From: Pristiophorus japonicus
Taxonomy: Eukaryota
Direction of reading: 5' to 3'
Assembly: GCF_044704955.1 (NCBI RefSeq)
Contig: NC_091984.1
Coordinates: 128,278,001-128,342,000, forward strand
DNA: 64,000 nucleotides
Every line of letters begins with the position of its first letter. Position 1 is the stretch's first letter. The notes beneath the pieces are model-generated. The model was not told the DNA's origin, ran no database searches, and saw nothing but the letters and a program-made list of their open reading frames with translations. Positions 38,067 through 51,838 of the stretch are shown here, one piece after another. Position numbers and translations under genes: made by a program.

Positions 38067-39171
38067 CAATACAGGTTGAGCCCAAGAACACAATTCTATT
38101 GTCCAGTTTTCTCCCCCTTCTCTTCAAACTCAGTGACTGACATTGAGCTGCAGTTCTGTGGGGACTGGCAGCCTTACAGTAGCTCTTGAAAAAGATCATT
38201 CTTCACGTGTGAGCCTGATCGATGAGTTGTCAGCAGGTTATTCAACCATGGGATGCATCATAGTCAAGTGTGATCATTATCCTCACGGGATATGTACTTG
38301 CAGCAATGATCATCAGATGGTGTTTGTGAGTGGGCAATGGTCCGTTTCCGTGCCCTCCCTCATCCAGTGTCCTCCCTCATCCGGTGATACTGAGGGTGAA
38401 TGGAATGCTGTCAGCCCCACCATTGCTGAGAGGAGCTAATTCAGCGTGGATGAGAGATCAGATGTTGGATCGATTCTTGTTTCCTGTTGGTCTGCAAAGC
38501 TCGATCGCACACCACTTGGTGCATTTACTCACTGAGCTAGTGAAGAAACTCCCCAAACAGGGTTTGCAAGATTGCAAGGGATTTAATCCATTCAGTCTGC
38601 TTTACTACCACAGTGCAAACAACAATGGCATTCTGCAGCAGACACTAGATACCACAGGTAAAACTTTCAAAAACATAATTTCTCCCTCACCCTGACTGGT
38701 CAGTAAGCAGCATGGCCAAGTCCAGAATTAAACTGTGCACAATTTAACCCTGACCAGTAACACACTAAGAATAAAATACAATGATGTGTGACATTTATTT
38801 TTGCGGTAATCTAGAGAAACCACATGATGGTGGAAATTAGAGACTTCATCATTCACAATTCATCAATTAAATTTCACAGATGACATTTTCACAGACCATT
38901 TTCGTCCACAGAGTATTTGCTTACATTTATCTCGACTTACAGTTTCAATCAGGTACTCACTGACCTCTTTTTGAAAGATTTCATTTATGTTGCCTCAATT
39001 ATTTGTGTCAGGAATCTATTCCATGTATCTATTACTCCTGTGAGGTGGATAGGGATTTCTTCCAATCTCTTGTCTAATTAGGATTAGATCTGTTGGTCGG
39101 CAGGGCTCAGTTCTGCATTTACCAACTGTAGTATTAGGGAAGTCAACCTTGGCATGATGCCTTTCACATAC

Positions 39172-39597
39172 GAACAACAACAACAACTTGTATTCATATA
39201 GCGCCTTTAATATAGTAAAACGTCCCAAGGCCTTCACAGGAGTGTGAAAAGACAACAAAAAAAATTTGACACTGAGCCATGTAGAAGAAATTACGGCAGG
39301 AAGCTTGGTCAAAGAGGTAGGTTTTAAGGAGCGTCTTAAAGGAGGAAAGAGAGGTAGAGAGGCGGAGATGTTTAGGGAGGGAGTTCCAGAGCTTAGAGCC
39401 CAGTCAGCTGAAGGCACAGCCACCAATGGCTGAGGGATTATAATCAGGGATGCTCAGGAGGGCAGAATTTGAGGAGCGCAGATATCTCGGGCGGGGGGTT
39501 TGTGGGGCTGGAGGAGATGACAGAGATAGGGAGGGGCAAGGCCATGGAGGGATTTGTAAACAAGGATGAGAATTTTGAAATCGAGGCGTTGCTTAAT
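39172..39597 (-). mobile_element. L2 LINE 3' fragment
   Basis: KQRLDFKILILVYKSLHGLAPPYL motif; (TTG)n tail. Confidence 0.9.
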
Positions 39598-40689
39598 CTC
39601 AATAAAAACAATCATTTGTCTAGTGCCAGGTGAAGCTGCTTTTAGCAAGATGGAATTATGATAAGAACTACTTTGCTGGTCCTTAGGAACTTGAAATAAT
39701 GAGTTTAGACATGCTACCAACACTGGTATTCTTGATTACTATCATGCAGTACTCAGCCAGAACAGAAAAGAAGTTAAATGTTAGGCAATAATGCTCAAGA
39801 TAAGAAGAAATGGAAGCAGTCAGCCTGTACTTAATCCATCAGTGTTTGATTGCAAGTTCTCATTTCAGCTGCAGTGTTGGAAGGTGGGGCACAGCATGAG
39901 AAATGATTAGTTACTGGTGGCTCAGTCAACAAGCATTTCCCGGGTCAATCATTTTACAGATTTTCCCTAAAGTCCTCAGAATTTACCAATGCCTCCCCCA
40001 AGCGCCATAAAACTCCAGAGGCTGTGTATCACATCAGCAAAAATATATAAACTATTGAGATTCTGCATGAGCGACCAGGTAGCCGAGGGAGTCAGACTGA
40101 TGCTAAACATTGAGAGCTTGGTAGCTACAGATCAAATAAATGAGGAGCTCGTAGCTGTGTGCAAAAGAATTGTTTTGATGTGCACTAGGTCATGTCCAAA
40201 GTGTGCAATGAGCTGGTTACTACAGGCAGGTCCTAATTGCCAATCAGCACTGCATCAAGACCTGCAAAAGCACACAACTAGGAGGCCGGTATTTAGCTTA
40301 TTTGATGATACTGTATAAAAACCGTCCTGCAGCCTATCACTAATGTCCTGTATATTTATACCTGCTCATCCTGACTGAACATTTAAAGAAATGCATGCAA
40401 AGTATGTTGTTGGACAAAAATTCATGCATTTTAAGAACCACCATTTATATTTGTAATAATATAATGATTTGGATAGCTCAAAGAACATCGAGCTTATATG
40501 TTAGACTGCAATGGTTCATGAGCCAGTCAGGCAAAACACCTAGTGCAGGAGTCTTCCTATTTACATTCGTGACTTGGTAATGTTGCTGCTCACAGACTGA
40601 GACCATGCAGTAATACTGAAGGTGGCTGCACATTGAAAATCTGCTCTGTAATGCCAAAAGAGGCCACAGAGACTGAGCCAGACATAGGT

Positions 40690-41320
40690 GCAAAGCATCT
40701 GTAAGCGTGACCTTGAGCTTTCGGTCACCTGTCACTTTAATTCCCCACTCCACTCCCACTCCGACATCTCGGTCCTCGGACTTCTGCACTGTTCCAATGA
40801 AGCTCAACGCAAGCTCGAGGAACAGGACCTCATCTTTTGTTTAGGCACTTTACAGCCTTCTGGACTCAACATCGAGTTCAACAATTTCAGACCATAACCT
40901 TTTCCCATATTTTACTCCCTTTCCTCCTTTTTTTAACCCTACACCCCCAATCTTACGTAATTTCTTTCTCTCTGTTTCCCATGGCAGTTGGTAATCATTC
41001 CACCATTCACACCCTATCTAGACTAATATTTTTCTAACCTGCCATTACCATCTCAATTCGGCCCATCATCCCGTTTGTCTCTCTAATCTCACCTGTCTTC
41101 CACCCTATCATAGACCTTCCTTTTTGTTCTTTCCTCCTCTCCCTCTTTCAGTTCTCCTTAAGAATCTGTTCATTTTGAATATTCGCCAATTCTGACAAAG
41201 GGTCATCGACCTGAAATGTTAACTCTGTTTCTCTCTCCACAGATGCTGCCTGACCTGCTGAGATTTCCAGCATTTTCTGTTTTTATTTCAGATTCCAGCA
41301 TCTGCAGTATTTTGCTTTTG
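40690..41320 (+). mobile_element. Penelope-like element 3' fragment (GIY-YIG C-terminus + terminal repeat region)
   Basis: VTCHFNSPLHS...RKLEEQDLIFCLGTLQPSGLN motif; decayed hammerhead core CTGACAAAGGGTCATCGACCTGAAA at ~41192-41216. Confidence 0.85.
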
Positions 41321-42417
41321 TAAAGATGCAAAGAGTAAGATCTTGGTTGGTAATTCTCAAAGATGGGTGTTGTATCCTATTGACTAGATCATGGCTTTCG
41401 TTTTGCATTGGTTGGCAGAGTTATCATGATTTTCCAGATAGTCAATTGGTTTGCAACAAATCAAATTGACCTCCACGTTTCTTGTATAATCCTTCAGTCT
41501 ACCCGCTATTTGTCAGGCCAGCACATTCCCTTCATTGTTGCTCAAGAAATTTGGTTTGGGACTGACTGTAGGTCAAGAGGCAGGGCAGGCTAGATTCTCC
41601 TGGGCCCACCTCCCTTCTTAATACTCCCTAACATCATGCACACCACCCCTCCTCCAGTACTTCCAAACTCTGGAGTTCCCTCCAAGATCATAGATCACAA
41701 AAAAACGATTCCTCTTTCAATAATGCTGGAACTCTCCACTGAGTGTTCAATACTTCAGGATCTCCCCTGAACCCGCTGCCCAGTGCTTCAACGCCCCAAA
41801 AAATCCTAGCCTTGTGCTACCAGACCCTGGGACCTCCCTATCCGGGCTACCACATACTTCCAGCCCTGCTTTGAGCTGGTCCCCTTCAATGGAATGGAAA
41901 TAACAAAATAGGAAGCAATAAAGGTTTCTGCCTCAATTATTACTGAAGACAGAAATTGACTTAACAGTTTATATTTACATTTAGAAATAAAGTAAAGGTT
42001 GTTCTTTACTGCTGCATCAAGCAGAAAGCATATAAATATGAATGTGGCAACATTTAATCAAAAAATCTTCTCCACGTTTTTTTGTGGTTGGCAATAAATC
42101 GGTTACCCCCGGAAACTGGTTGTGGGGATCGCGATGCACGATTAACCCGCGCCCGCTGAGTGGAATACAGGCAGTACACCAAATTTGTGCTGCCCGCTAA
42201 TTATTCATGATTTCTGCTTGCATTCAGTATTTCCTGCACTGTTCATTGGCTGCACGCATCACCGGGGGGCCCAATATCGTTAGTAACTCGCACATCTTAA
42301 AGCTAGCCCTGCACGACATAAAGCTAGCCTGCACCTCTGAAAGTGGATATGCATTGTGGCTGCAGCAGTTGCTGGGAGTTGTTCTGCAACTGATTCTGAC
42401 CTGGTAAAGGGAGATGA

Positions 42418-45400
42418 ATGGCTGACCATGGGAGAAAGTAGGCACCCAGGTTTGCCGACGCTGCACTGGAAGTCTTGGTGGAGAAGGTGGAAAGAGCGAG
42501 AGATGTCCTGTATCCTCAGGAGAGACAGGAGCCTCTCGAGATGCAGGATGAGTAGGCAGTGAGAACAAATAGTCATGGAGATTAATGCCAGTAGTGTAGC
42601 TGTAAGTATCTGGTTGCAGTGCCGGAAGAAGTTTAATGACCTCACATAAATGGTCAAGGTCAGTGTTTGCATCTTCAAATGCTATATCCTACCAACTTTC
42701 AAAAGGCGTTTGACAAAGTGCCACATAATAGGCCAGCAAAGTTAAAGTCCAAAGTTAAAGGGACAGTGACAATATGGATACAAAATTGGCTAAGTGACAC
42801 AAAACAGAGAGTAGTAATGAACAGTTATTTTTCAGACTGGAAGGAGGTACACAGAGATGTCCCCCAGGGATCGGTACTGGGTCCAATGCTTTTCTTAATA
42901 TATATCAATGAGGGTAGTGAGTTTGATGTAGTGTATATGGATTTTAGCAAGTCTTTTGATAAGGTCCTACATGGCAGACAGGTCACAAAAGTAAAAGCCC
43001 ATGGGATCCAGGGCAAAGTACAAGTTGGATCCAAAATTGGCTCAAAGGCAGGAAGCAGATGGTAATGGTTGATGGGTGTTTTTGTGACTAGAAGGCTGTT
43101 TCCAGTGGGATTCCACAGGGCTCAGTACTAGGTCCCTTGCTTTTTGTGGTATACATCAATGATCTCGACTTGAATATGGGAGGTATGATTAAGAAGTTTG
43201 CAGATGATACTAAAATCAGCTGTGTGGTTGATAATGAAGAAGAAAGCTGTGGACTGCAGGAAGTTATCAATCAACTGGTCAGGTGGGCAGAACAGTAAAA
43301 AATGGAATTCAGTCCAGAGAAGTGAGAGGAAATACAGTTGGGGAGGGCTAACAAGAAAGGGAATACACATTAAATGGAAGGACACTGAGAAGTGTAGAGG
43401 AACAAAGGGACCTTGGAGTGCATGTCCACAGATCCCTGAAGGTAGCAGACCAGGTAGATAAGCTACTTAAGAAGGCATACGGAATACTTGCCTTTATTAG
43501 CCAAGGCATGGAATACAAGAGCAGGTGGGTTATGCCTGAACTGTATTAAACACTGGTTAGGTCACAGCTGGAGTACTGCATGCAATTCTTGTCACCACAC
43601 TACAGAAGGATGTGATTGCACTGGAGAGGGTACAGAGGAGATTTACGAGGATGTTGCCGGGAGTGGAGAATCTTAGCTATAAGGATAGATTGGATAGGCT
43701 GGGTTTGTTTTTCTTGGAAAAGAAGATACTGAGGGGACACCTCATTGAGGATAGAAAGGGCTTGTTTTCCTTAGCAGAGGGGTCAACAAACAGGGGGCAT
43801 AAATTTAAAGTAATTGGTAGAAGGTTTAGAGGGGATTTGAGAGGAAATTGCTTCACCCAGAGAGTTGTGGAGCTCTAGATCTCACTGCCTGAAAGGGTGG
43901 TCAAGGCAGAAACCCTCACCACATTTAAAAAGTACTTGGATGTACACTTGAAATGCTATAGCCTGTAGGGTTACGGATCTGGAGCTGGAAAGTGGGATTA
44001 GGTTGGATAGCCTCTTGTTGGACATGATGGGCCAAAATGGCCTCCTTCTGTGCTGTAAATTTCTATGATTGTATTCTAAGTTCCCATTGGCAGAAGGGTC
44101 GAGAACCAGAGGACACAGATTTAAGATGATTGGCTCAAGAACCAAAGGCGAAGTGAGGAGACATTTATTTACACAGCAAGTGGTTAGGATCTGGAATGCA
44201 CTGCCTGAGAGGGTGGTGGAGGCAGATTCACCCATCGCTTTCAAAAGGGAATTGTATAAGTGTCTGAAGGAAAAGAATTGTAGTGCTACGGGGAAAGGGC
44301 GGATGGCACTAGCTCAAGTGCTCTTGCAGAGAGCCGGCATGGGCTCAAGGGGCTGAATGGCCTCCTTCTGTGCAGCAACCATTCTATGATTCTAACTGCA
44401 CTAGTAACCTCAGCCACTGCTCAATTCACCACACACCCATACTCTCTTACCAACAGTCTCTGTCAATAAGGACTCATACTTATTATATGCTTAACCTCAC
44501 CCTCACACATTTAGCACTTTTGCAAGCCTCACATCCACGTCTCACAGCTTGCACAATCTGCTAGCAAGTCAAACATAACAGCCATATCACCCAAAATGAT
44601 TGCACAACACTCACTGACACACTTCTCTCTCTTGCAGCAGAAGGTGATGCACAACCGGAGGCAGCAGGAACTAAGCAGAGCGGGAGCGATGCGGCTGCAT
44701 GTTCTACCCCCATGGAGGAGATGGTGCTGGCCAGTATAGGTAGGGCCACTGCTGAGGCCGTGGCCATCAGCAGAGCTGAAGTCATTGAAGATGACAGTAT
44801 TGTTATACTTAATCCTACTTCTCACATCTTACTTCGCCCTCATCCCCAACTCTCTTCCGACTTATAAGCTGAAGATGGTGTAAGCGTGCACTTCTTACTT
44901 TCCCCTCTCTGCTCACCACGACCCAACCCTTGTCCATTTCTAATTGAGATACCCAAGAACTGCAACCTGTTCAGGCAGTGGTGCAAGGGCAGAAAGGGAG
45001 TTAAGATGAAGGCACACCCTCACTCGATTTTGTACTTGCAGCTACCAACTCAGAGGCTGACATGGTGGATACTGAAGAGGATAGCACTGAGGCGGGATCT
45101 GCAAATGGTGAGATACCAAGCACAAATGTGCTGCGGGCTGGGTTGGGGAAAATGAGAGTGCAGTTTCCAGCTCATTGGAGGGTGAGATCACACACTAGTT
45201 CTTCTGCAGAGGACTCAGATGTGGCATTTGTTGGGCCAGGCTACAGATAAAGCCTGATGGGTGTACACACCAGAATGCTTGGTGAATTGGGAAGCCTGCC
45301 AGAAAGCCTGCATGCAATGTCGAGGAGCATGAATGAGTCCGGCACCAATTTGGCACAGGGCTTTGCACAGAGCTTAGAGCACATTCTTTCCATTATGGAA

Positions 45401-45508
45401 ATGGTGGCCAACTCCATCAACACACTTGTGGAATCAACCATGATCTAGGCACTGATGGCCGATGTCTCAGCTTCCATTGCAGCACAAGCAGCAGCCACCC
45501 AATGTCTG
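42418..45508 (+). pseudogene. Harbinger Myb/SANT-like gene (exons 42418-42658, 44638-~44797, ~44950-45508), disrupted
   Basis: APRFADAALEVLVEKV...WLQCRKKFNDL..VK|GT; AG|QKVMHNRRQQE..PMEEMVLASIG; premature stops. Confidence 0.85.
42695..44394 (+). mobile_element. Cluster of CR1 fragments
   Basis: Two successive RT segments (FQKAFDKVPH..VPQGSVLGP; YMDFSKSFDKV..KFADDTK) and two 3' ends. Confidence 0.9.
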
Positions 45509-45678
45509 AGGTAGGAGAATTGGTCCCTGAACAAGCTGAGGGTATATGGCCTCTTCCTGAGAGCCCTTTTTCCCCTCCTCTTCCTTCCATTTCTAGCTGC
45601 TTGCACTGCTCTGTGGGCCCTCTCCTCATTCTTCCAGGCATGCTCCATTCCAAGAGGAAAGCCTACTGGTCCACCCAT
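45502..45678 (-). pseudogene. Harbinger (HARBI1-like) transposase N-terminal remnant
   Basis: MGGPVG...RKRRGKRALRKRPYTLSLFRDQFSYL, abutting the truncated Myb exon at a deletion junction. Confidence 0.65.
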
Positions 45679-46262
45679 GTCTGGGAGCAACTGCTCTGTG
45701 CACAAGCCTTTAAGTTACCAAAAAGTACTTCAGCACCAGCCAGCTCACTCGTTGCACCAGTCAGATCACTCGGTGCTGACAATTGAAACTTTTAACAAGC
45801 ATGGAAAAGCATCCAAAATGCATAGAATTGCAGCTACGACCAGAAGAAATGATCCAGAAAACAACCTGTAAGTTGTTGATGATCCCATTAAATAGCACTG
45901 GTGAGGGTCCTTCGGCCGTTGAGCATGTGATTAGCTGTAGGAGGTTAAGAGCGAGCATAGTCTGGAGCACGGAGCTCCAAAATGACACAACTGGCGTCAA
46001 ATCAGCTTTGCTCACTGATATCATTATCTGCCTGCTCTGCATACTGCCAGTGGACGTTAGATACGCTAACCCCTTTACCAATAGGCCATCTGGCGCACTT
46101 CACTTTGGAAGTGTGCTTGCGCACCGCAGACGCCCAAAAATCAGGCACCAGCGAGCCCAATTTCACCTTGGTGACCCTTGCAGGGGTATCATTCCACATA
46201 CACTGGCTAATTCCGAGTCCCTCACTTAAGCAGCAATGCATAGGTGTGAAGTCAGACAGTGT

Positions 46263-47970
46263 GGCCGGAATTTTACCGGCGCTGAGAGGGCTGGTCAGCT
46301 GTAAACATTGAAATGATTGACAGCGGGTCGGGAGCCCACTGTAAACCCACCTCCTCGCTAGTCTTCCAGGGGTTGGGGCTGTCACCGCTGAACAGATCCA
46401 AAACCAAGCGGCAGGGGTGGCAATTTAGATTATTAAAAGGTTGTTAAAAGGCAATTAAAAACCATTTTGTGCTGTACTTAGCATTTTTCCAGCTTTTTCA
46501 TGAGGGTCAAGGCGCTCGGGGACCTTGCCAGGTATGTGGATCAGGTGTTCCATCAGTATCCATTCTTCTGAATAGTTGACAGCTGCAAATATGATATAAA
46601 AGCTCCCATTTCACAACTGTTCACTTTCCAATCTCAGAAGCTGGAGCCTTCAGGATTCGGAAGGCACATTTGAGCTTTATGCAGGTTGGAAGTGTTTAGA
46701 GCAAACTCTCTATCCACCATCACCTCCCTTAGAAGAACCTCTCTCAGCATTGACAGATCGCTTCTGTCATCTCAGCCTCACCTACCATCTATTCCAGCAG
46801 CATAAGTGCCCTTGAAAAAATGTCACCTTGGTCCTCAGAATCTCACCACGATCAGCCCCAACATCAATATGACCAGGCACAACAGCATCACCAACAACAA
46901 CACCAACCTTTTGCGCAATCAACTGATGCTGCACAGGACAGAGGGTATCCACACCCAACCACATTGCTGCCTGGGAGACCATGGCCAGATTCACTTCACT
47001 TGATGCTGTACACCCTGGCTGCCACATGATGCACCAGGTTGGCACCAACCCACACCAGCACCATAAAGCATCCCTCCAATGCCCAAGCCATTCCTTTCAC
47101 ACTCATCACCATTGCGGGGGGTACTGTTATGTCTCACCGTTCACTTCAACTCACTGAGCCACTTCCAAAGGTGCACACACATCTGTCCAAGAATGCAAAG
47201 TGTTGAAAATGAAGGTTTCAATGTTTCACACCACATTTGCAGAAACTTTACATGAACATTGGATAAAACACACAAGGGCCTACCATTGTGTGTGTTTTAG
47301 TTGGTATGAATGCGTTAGGATAAGGGTGAATGTGAGGGGTGGTGAGTGAGATGGGGAAGTGATAATGCAGATAGAGAGAGAGGGATGAGTGGATGTGCAA
47401 GGTAAGTTGGTGTGAGTAAAGATGTGTAGGAGTAGGCTAGGGAAGTCAGAGTGATGGGGATGTGATAATTGGCACAGCAGGATGAGGTTGAGTGTGGCTT
47501 TGCAGTAACGTTTCATGATCTACTTAGATCATTGAAAGGTTTGCGCCACTGCAGTCTGGTCCTCCTGACGACATCCCTGCTTGTGTCCTCCTGTGCAATG
47601 TGCAACCAGGCTGCATTCTCTTCCAACCCTGGGAAGGGAAGAGAACCTCCCTGCATGCAAGGGAGAGCCTGGGTGCAGCTGTGCAATGATTCAGTGTTTG
47701 CAGCACCTCAATGCTGTGGAACACTGACAGAAGAACTGTCAGAATCAATGTTGACTTGGTCCCTTTAAGGAAGTTGGCTGATGAAACGTCATCAAATGAT
47801 GTCATCAGACCTGCTTCCTTTTAGTTGGCCAGGAACCTCGCTGGGCAGGCTTCATAAGCCGTATCACCATGAAATCACTTGTTCAGAGCAGGATAGAGCA
47901 GGCAATGGGTTGGGACCATGCTACAGATGTCGTCTGCCTTGCTCCCGCCTCTGTAGGCGAAATCGCAGCC
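46263..47970. mobile_element. Non-autonomous Harbinger element (transposase 5' remnant on +, Myb exon 1 remnant on - at ~47515-47680)
   Basis: Ends GGCCGGAATTTT / GAAATCGCAGCC, flanks TGT/TAT; AAWLHIAQE...LQWRKPFNDL Myb motif. Confidence 0.7.
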
Positions 47971-48417
47971 TATGTGTGGGCAGTCTAATCAACCAAGACA
48001 TATAATGAGATTTTACTTGTTGCACTCAATGTCAAAGTGGACAGGGGAAGTTAAACACTTTTCTTGTGATCGGAGATACTCGTCCAGTGCAATGTGATCA
48101 ACTAGGTGAACCTGACTTATTTCTGAAATGTCAAGAGAATATTGAACTTGAATTATTCCTGAATATCGTTTCAGACCTGTGTTCTCCAACCAGTCCTCAA
48201 TTTTTTTTTAAGTAACTGACATCTCTGCTTCCTAGTGACTCACCCTTCAGACTGTGACCCACATTTAACTTGTTAGGATTCCCATCTTTTGCAAAGATAG
48301 AGTACAGTATAGGAACGGAGCGGTGGGGAGATGACCAAGTCCTGACATTTACTTTGCTCTGATGCAATTCATTAAACTCCATATTGACCTTAATAACTGT
48401 ACATCATAAAACATAGA

Positions 48418-49888
48418 GGAGGTGAAATTGGTTGACAGACCGCAGCATATGCCCGCGTACCACCGACATATCGTCCAAAATGACAAAATTCGTCAAAAAA
48501 CACCCACATACCACACAGTGGAAAATTCCTCAGTGACACACCATGGGGCGGTATGCATACCGCCCGCCCATGCAGACCGCCGACATACCGCCCAAAATTA
48601 TAACATTTGTGACTTACCACCGACATACCACTGGAGCCGCAGACCGTCCTGGAAAAGATGGCTTTAAGTCGATCTTCAGTGGGCGGTATGTACCCAGTCA
48701 CGCCCACACTCCAGTCTCCTGCACCTCTCCCCCCCCAGTCTCTTCCCCCTCCCCACAGCAATCTCTTCCCCCCCTACACAGTGATCTCTCTTCCTCCAAC
48801 AGCGATCTCTTCATCCCACAGCGATCTCTCCTCCCCCTTTCCCCCCTCCCGCCCCCACAACGATTTCCCCCCTCCCCGCAGCGATTTTCCCACACAATGA
48901 TCTCCTCGCGCCCCCCCCCCCCCCCCCCCGCCCCCCACAGCAAGTTCAGGCCACCCCACAATGTCAAGAGTAGGGGAGAGAGTAGAGAAACATTGATTCA
49001 CTGTACCTCTTACCTTCCAGAGGATTGTCTGGTCAGTGGGAGATATATAATGGACACGCAATAAGGACCAACTACGGGCGTTATGTTATACAACAAGAGA
49101 TCAGACATCAACATGCTGTCGTCCATGCATTAAAAGCACATTTAATATTAAAATAAGTAGTAATTTGGAGGACTAACGGTATTATCCAGCAATATATAAA
49201 TTGTGAAATAATCGCCACAATAAGTATGAGAAAGAACAAGTTGCTTTCCAACGGTATTGCATAGTTATTTTTGTAATTTTGTTTAGTGTCCCATGCATGA
49301 AGGCACCACCACCCTCCTCACCTCCAATGTTTCGTTACAAATTAGTATTTTGAATGTTTCTCACACACTTCTTAACCTTGTTTTCTATGGTTATTGTTTA
49401 CTCTGTGAATGTACAGTTTTGGAACATTTTATAAAAAAGATTTTCACTGTAGTTTTATTTTGAAAATCATTTTATAAACAGAAGCAATAGCACTTGTTGC
49501 TGTAAGATTTTACATTAAGAAAGAGCAATGCATTTAAGGTTGTTCCCACAGAAGTTCTAAATTCATACCTGTGAATCAGGAGCTGCAAACAGTCCCTGGC
49601 CGGTCGTCGGTGCCTCTTGGTGGGGTGGGGGGGGGGTGGGTGGGTGCGGGGACAGAGCTTCACACACAGCACAGGAGCCGAAGATTCCTGAGTGAATAGG
49701 CCTTTCCGTCGCACACTGCCCTCTGTACTCCGCTCCCGCCCGCTGTGCTCCGCTCGGTTTACCGCCAAGAATAAATTGATGAAATTCCCGCCCACTCCGC
49801 CCCAGCGGTACCGGGCGGTAAAAAACGACACGCCGCCCGCGGACCGCCAAAAAATGGGCAGATCATCCATTACAACAATTTCGGGTCC
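48418..49888. mobile_element. Harbinger-type MITE
   Basis: TIR GGAGGTGAAATTG / CAATTTCGGGTCC, TSD AGA/AGA, subterminal ACC(A/G)CCGACATA and ACCGCC repeats. Confidence 0.75.
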
Positions 49889-50039
49889 AGAGGAAAGTTG
49901 GAAAGAAATGACACTTACTTAAACAGAGTTTGCTGTTTTGTTTTCACTTGAGAAATTTATGGATTCCTCACTCTAAAATCTGACAGGTGCAACCCTACTT
50001 GTAATGTAGTTTGACAAAGCTGATTTGTCATAAACGCCA

Positions 50040-50702
50040 GCCAACGGATTTTAGGCTCCTCTCTGCTCCGGAGCGGTGGCAATGGCGGTAGTGAGGTGTT
50101 TTAGCCGGGTGATCAGCCTCCAGCATCCCGCAGTAAACCACAGGTTCCGTTTTGCGGTGGCGCGGAGCAGCACCGCCTGGAAGAACTGCGCACGGTGTGC
50201 GACATCCCCGGTTGCGATACCGGCGTGAGTTTTGACTCTCGCTCGACCCATACGTCACAAAGCACACCTTGCAGTGATCCCCCGGGAAATCAGGCAGTCC
50301 AACGATACCGACAGCAGAGAGGTAAGTAATAGACTCTTAAGGGAAGTGTAATTGTTTTTTCTTTAAATTATTTTTGTGATTTGTGTTATGTTGGCATGTG
50401 CAATGTTTTGGGAATGTTTTTGGGCTTTTTTTTTTCAGGTTCCCCCCCCCCCCCCCCCAGGTGTCTCCCGCCCCCCCCCCCCAGGTGTCTCCCGGAGTGT
50501 TCCCGGGCTGGCTGTTTAGCTTGGGATTTTCCTATGCTGGCGCCCAAGAGAGATGTACAATGTCTCCCTTAGTGCTGTGGCCCCGACTCAGGGCCCAGCT
50601 GCACAATTTTATTTACTGAGGTGCAAACTGTTCCCGGGAGCAAACTTTACCGCCCCACCATCATTACCGCCCCATAAAACATCAAAGCCGAAAATCCAGC
50701 CC
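50040..50702. mobile_element. Harbinger-type MITE
   Basis: Right end AAAATCCAGCCC, GCGG/CCGC subterminal motifs; left end degenerate. Confidence 0.6.
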
Positions 50703-51114
50703 CAAAAGTATTGGGCCAGAAATCGCTACAATGATGCACCTTGCAGCGAGTGACATTATTTAGACTTTTTACCTCACAATTCGCATTGTATTATGTTTGC
50801 GCCACAAATTGTTGGAAAGTCATACCGATATGGCACAGCGACGACAATGTTGCATCTGGGACCTCATGAATATTGTGCCCAGTGGATGATTCCCTTGAGC
50901 AATGAAAGAAAGCGACCGACTGATAAGGAAAGAGGGTGAATTACAGACAGAAAGAGAAATGAAGAGAAGGAAAGAAAGGGAGTAGATAAGAGAGACAGAG
51001 AGAAAAGAGACAGAAAGGAAAAGTAAGAAAAAAATTTAAAGAATAATCAGAAAAAGAGGCCATTGTAACCCAGTTATGTTGGGAAATTGCTGTATAGGTT
51101 CTTGAGAAGATAAT

Positions 51115-51838
51115 GGTGCTGAAATTCCAATGTCCCGGTCCGTACGAAGTTTCTACGGACCCAGGAAGGCATCGGAAAAGCCGGTTTTCAGCGCACAATG
51201 CGCTGAAAAGCGGCTTTTCCGATCTGTCAAGTTTCTGGCTTGACAGATCCAACGCATCTCAGGAGCGAGGACACTTGCAGGGCAAGATTTCCGATATTTA
51301 AATGTCCTTTAATATCTTGCACCTGAAAAAGCAGAGGTATAGCCTACTTTTACAGGCGCAAGTGTTTAAAAATACACAAACATTTTAAAATAAAGTTATA
51401 AAAACACATTTTCTTGTTAAAAACCCTCCCCACTACAGTAAGTTTATTTTAAGGCTTAATTAAAAAAAACTTTTTAAAAAGTCGGGAAAATATTTTTTTT
51501 ATAACAACTTTAATTTAAATGAATGTTAAATATATAGTTTATTTTCTATTTTTTATTGTGTTTTGGGTGTTTGGCGGATTTTCTCATTCATAGTAATAGG
51601 AGTTCCGGACTTACGGAACTCCTATTGCTATGAATGAGAATTTATACTACACCTGACTGGCTGCTGTTACCAGATCCTGGCCTGCGCACGCCCCACGTGT
51701 ACGCGCTGCAATGCGCAGTCACGGGAGGCCTCAGGCTCGGAAGTTCCAATGGGTACAGCAGCAACAGGTAAATGCGCATCTTTTTTCTCTTTTTCTTTCG
51801 TTTGCCCGCGGGAAGACCTCGACCGGAATTTCAGGGCC
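51115..51838. mobile_element. Harbinger-type MITE
   Basis: TIR GGTGCTGAAATTCC / GGAATTTCAGGGCC, perfect TSD AAT/AAT; inverted relative to 17792-18501. Confidence 0.88.

Larger units (their letters stand above)
42090..46168. mobile_element. Internally deleted Harbinger element with CR1 insertions in Myb intron 1
   Basis: Myb gene on +, transposase N-terminus on -; ends degenerate, boundaries approximate. Confidence 0.7.

Noticed and set aside
39989-40318. 109-aa ORF in non-repeat DNA
   Set aside because: No recognisable motif or convincing splice context; length is within chance expectation.
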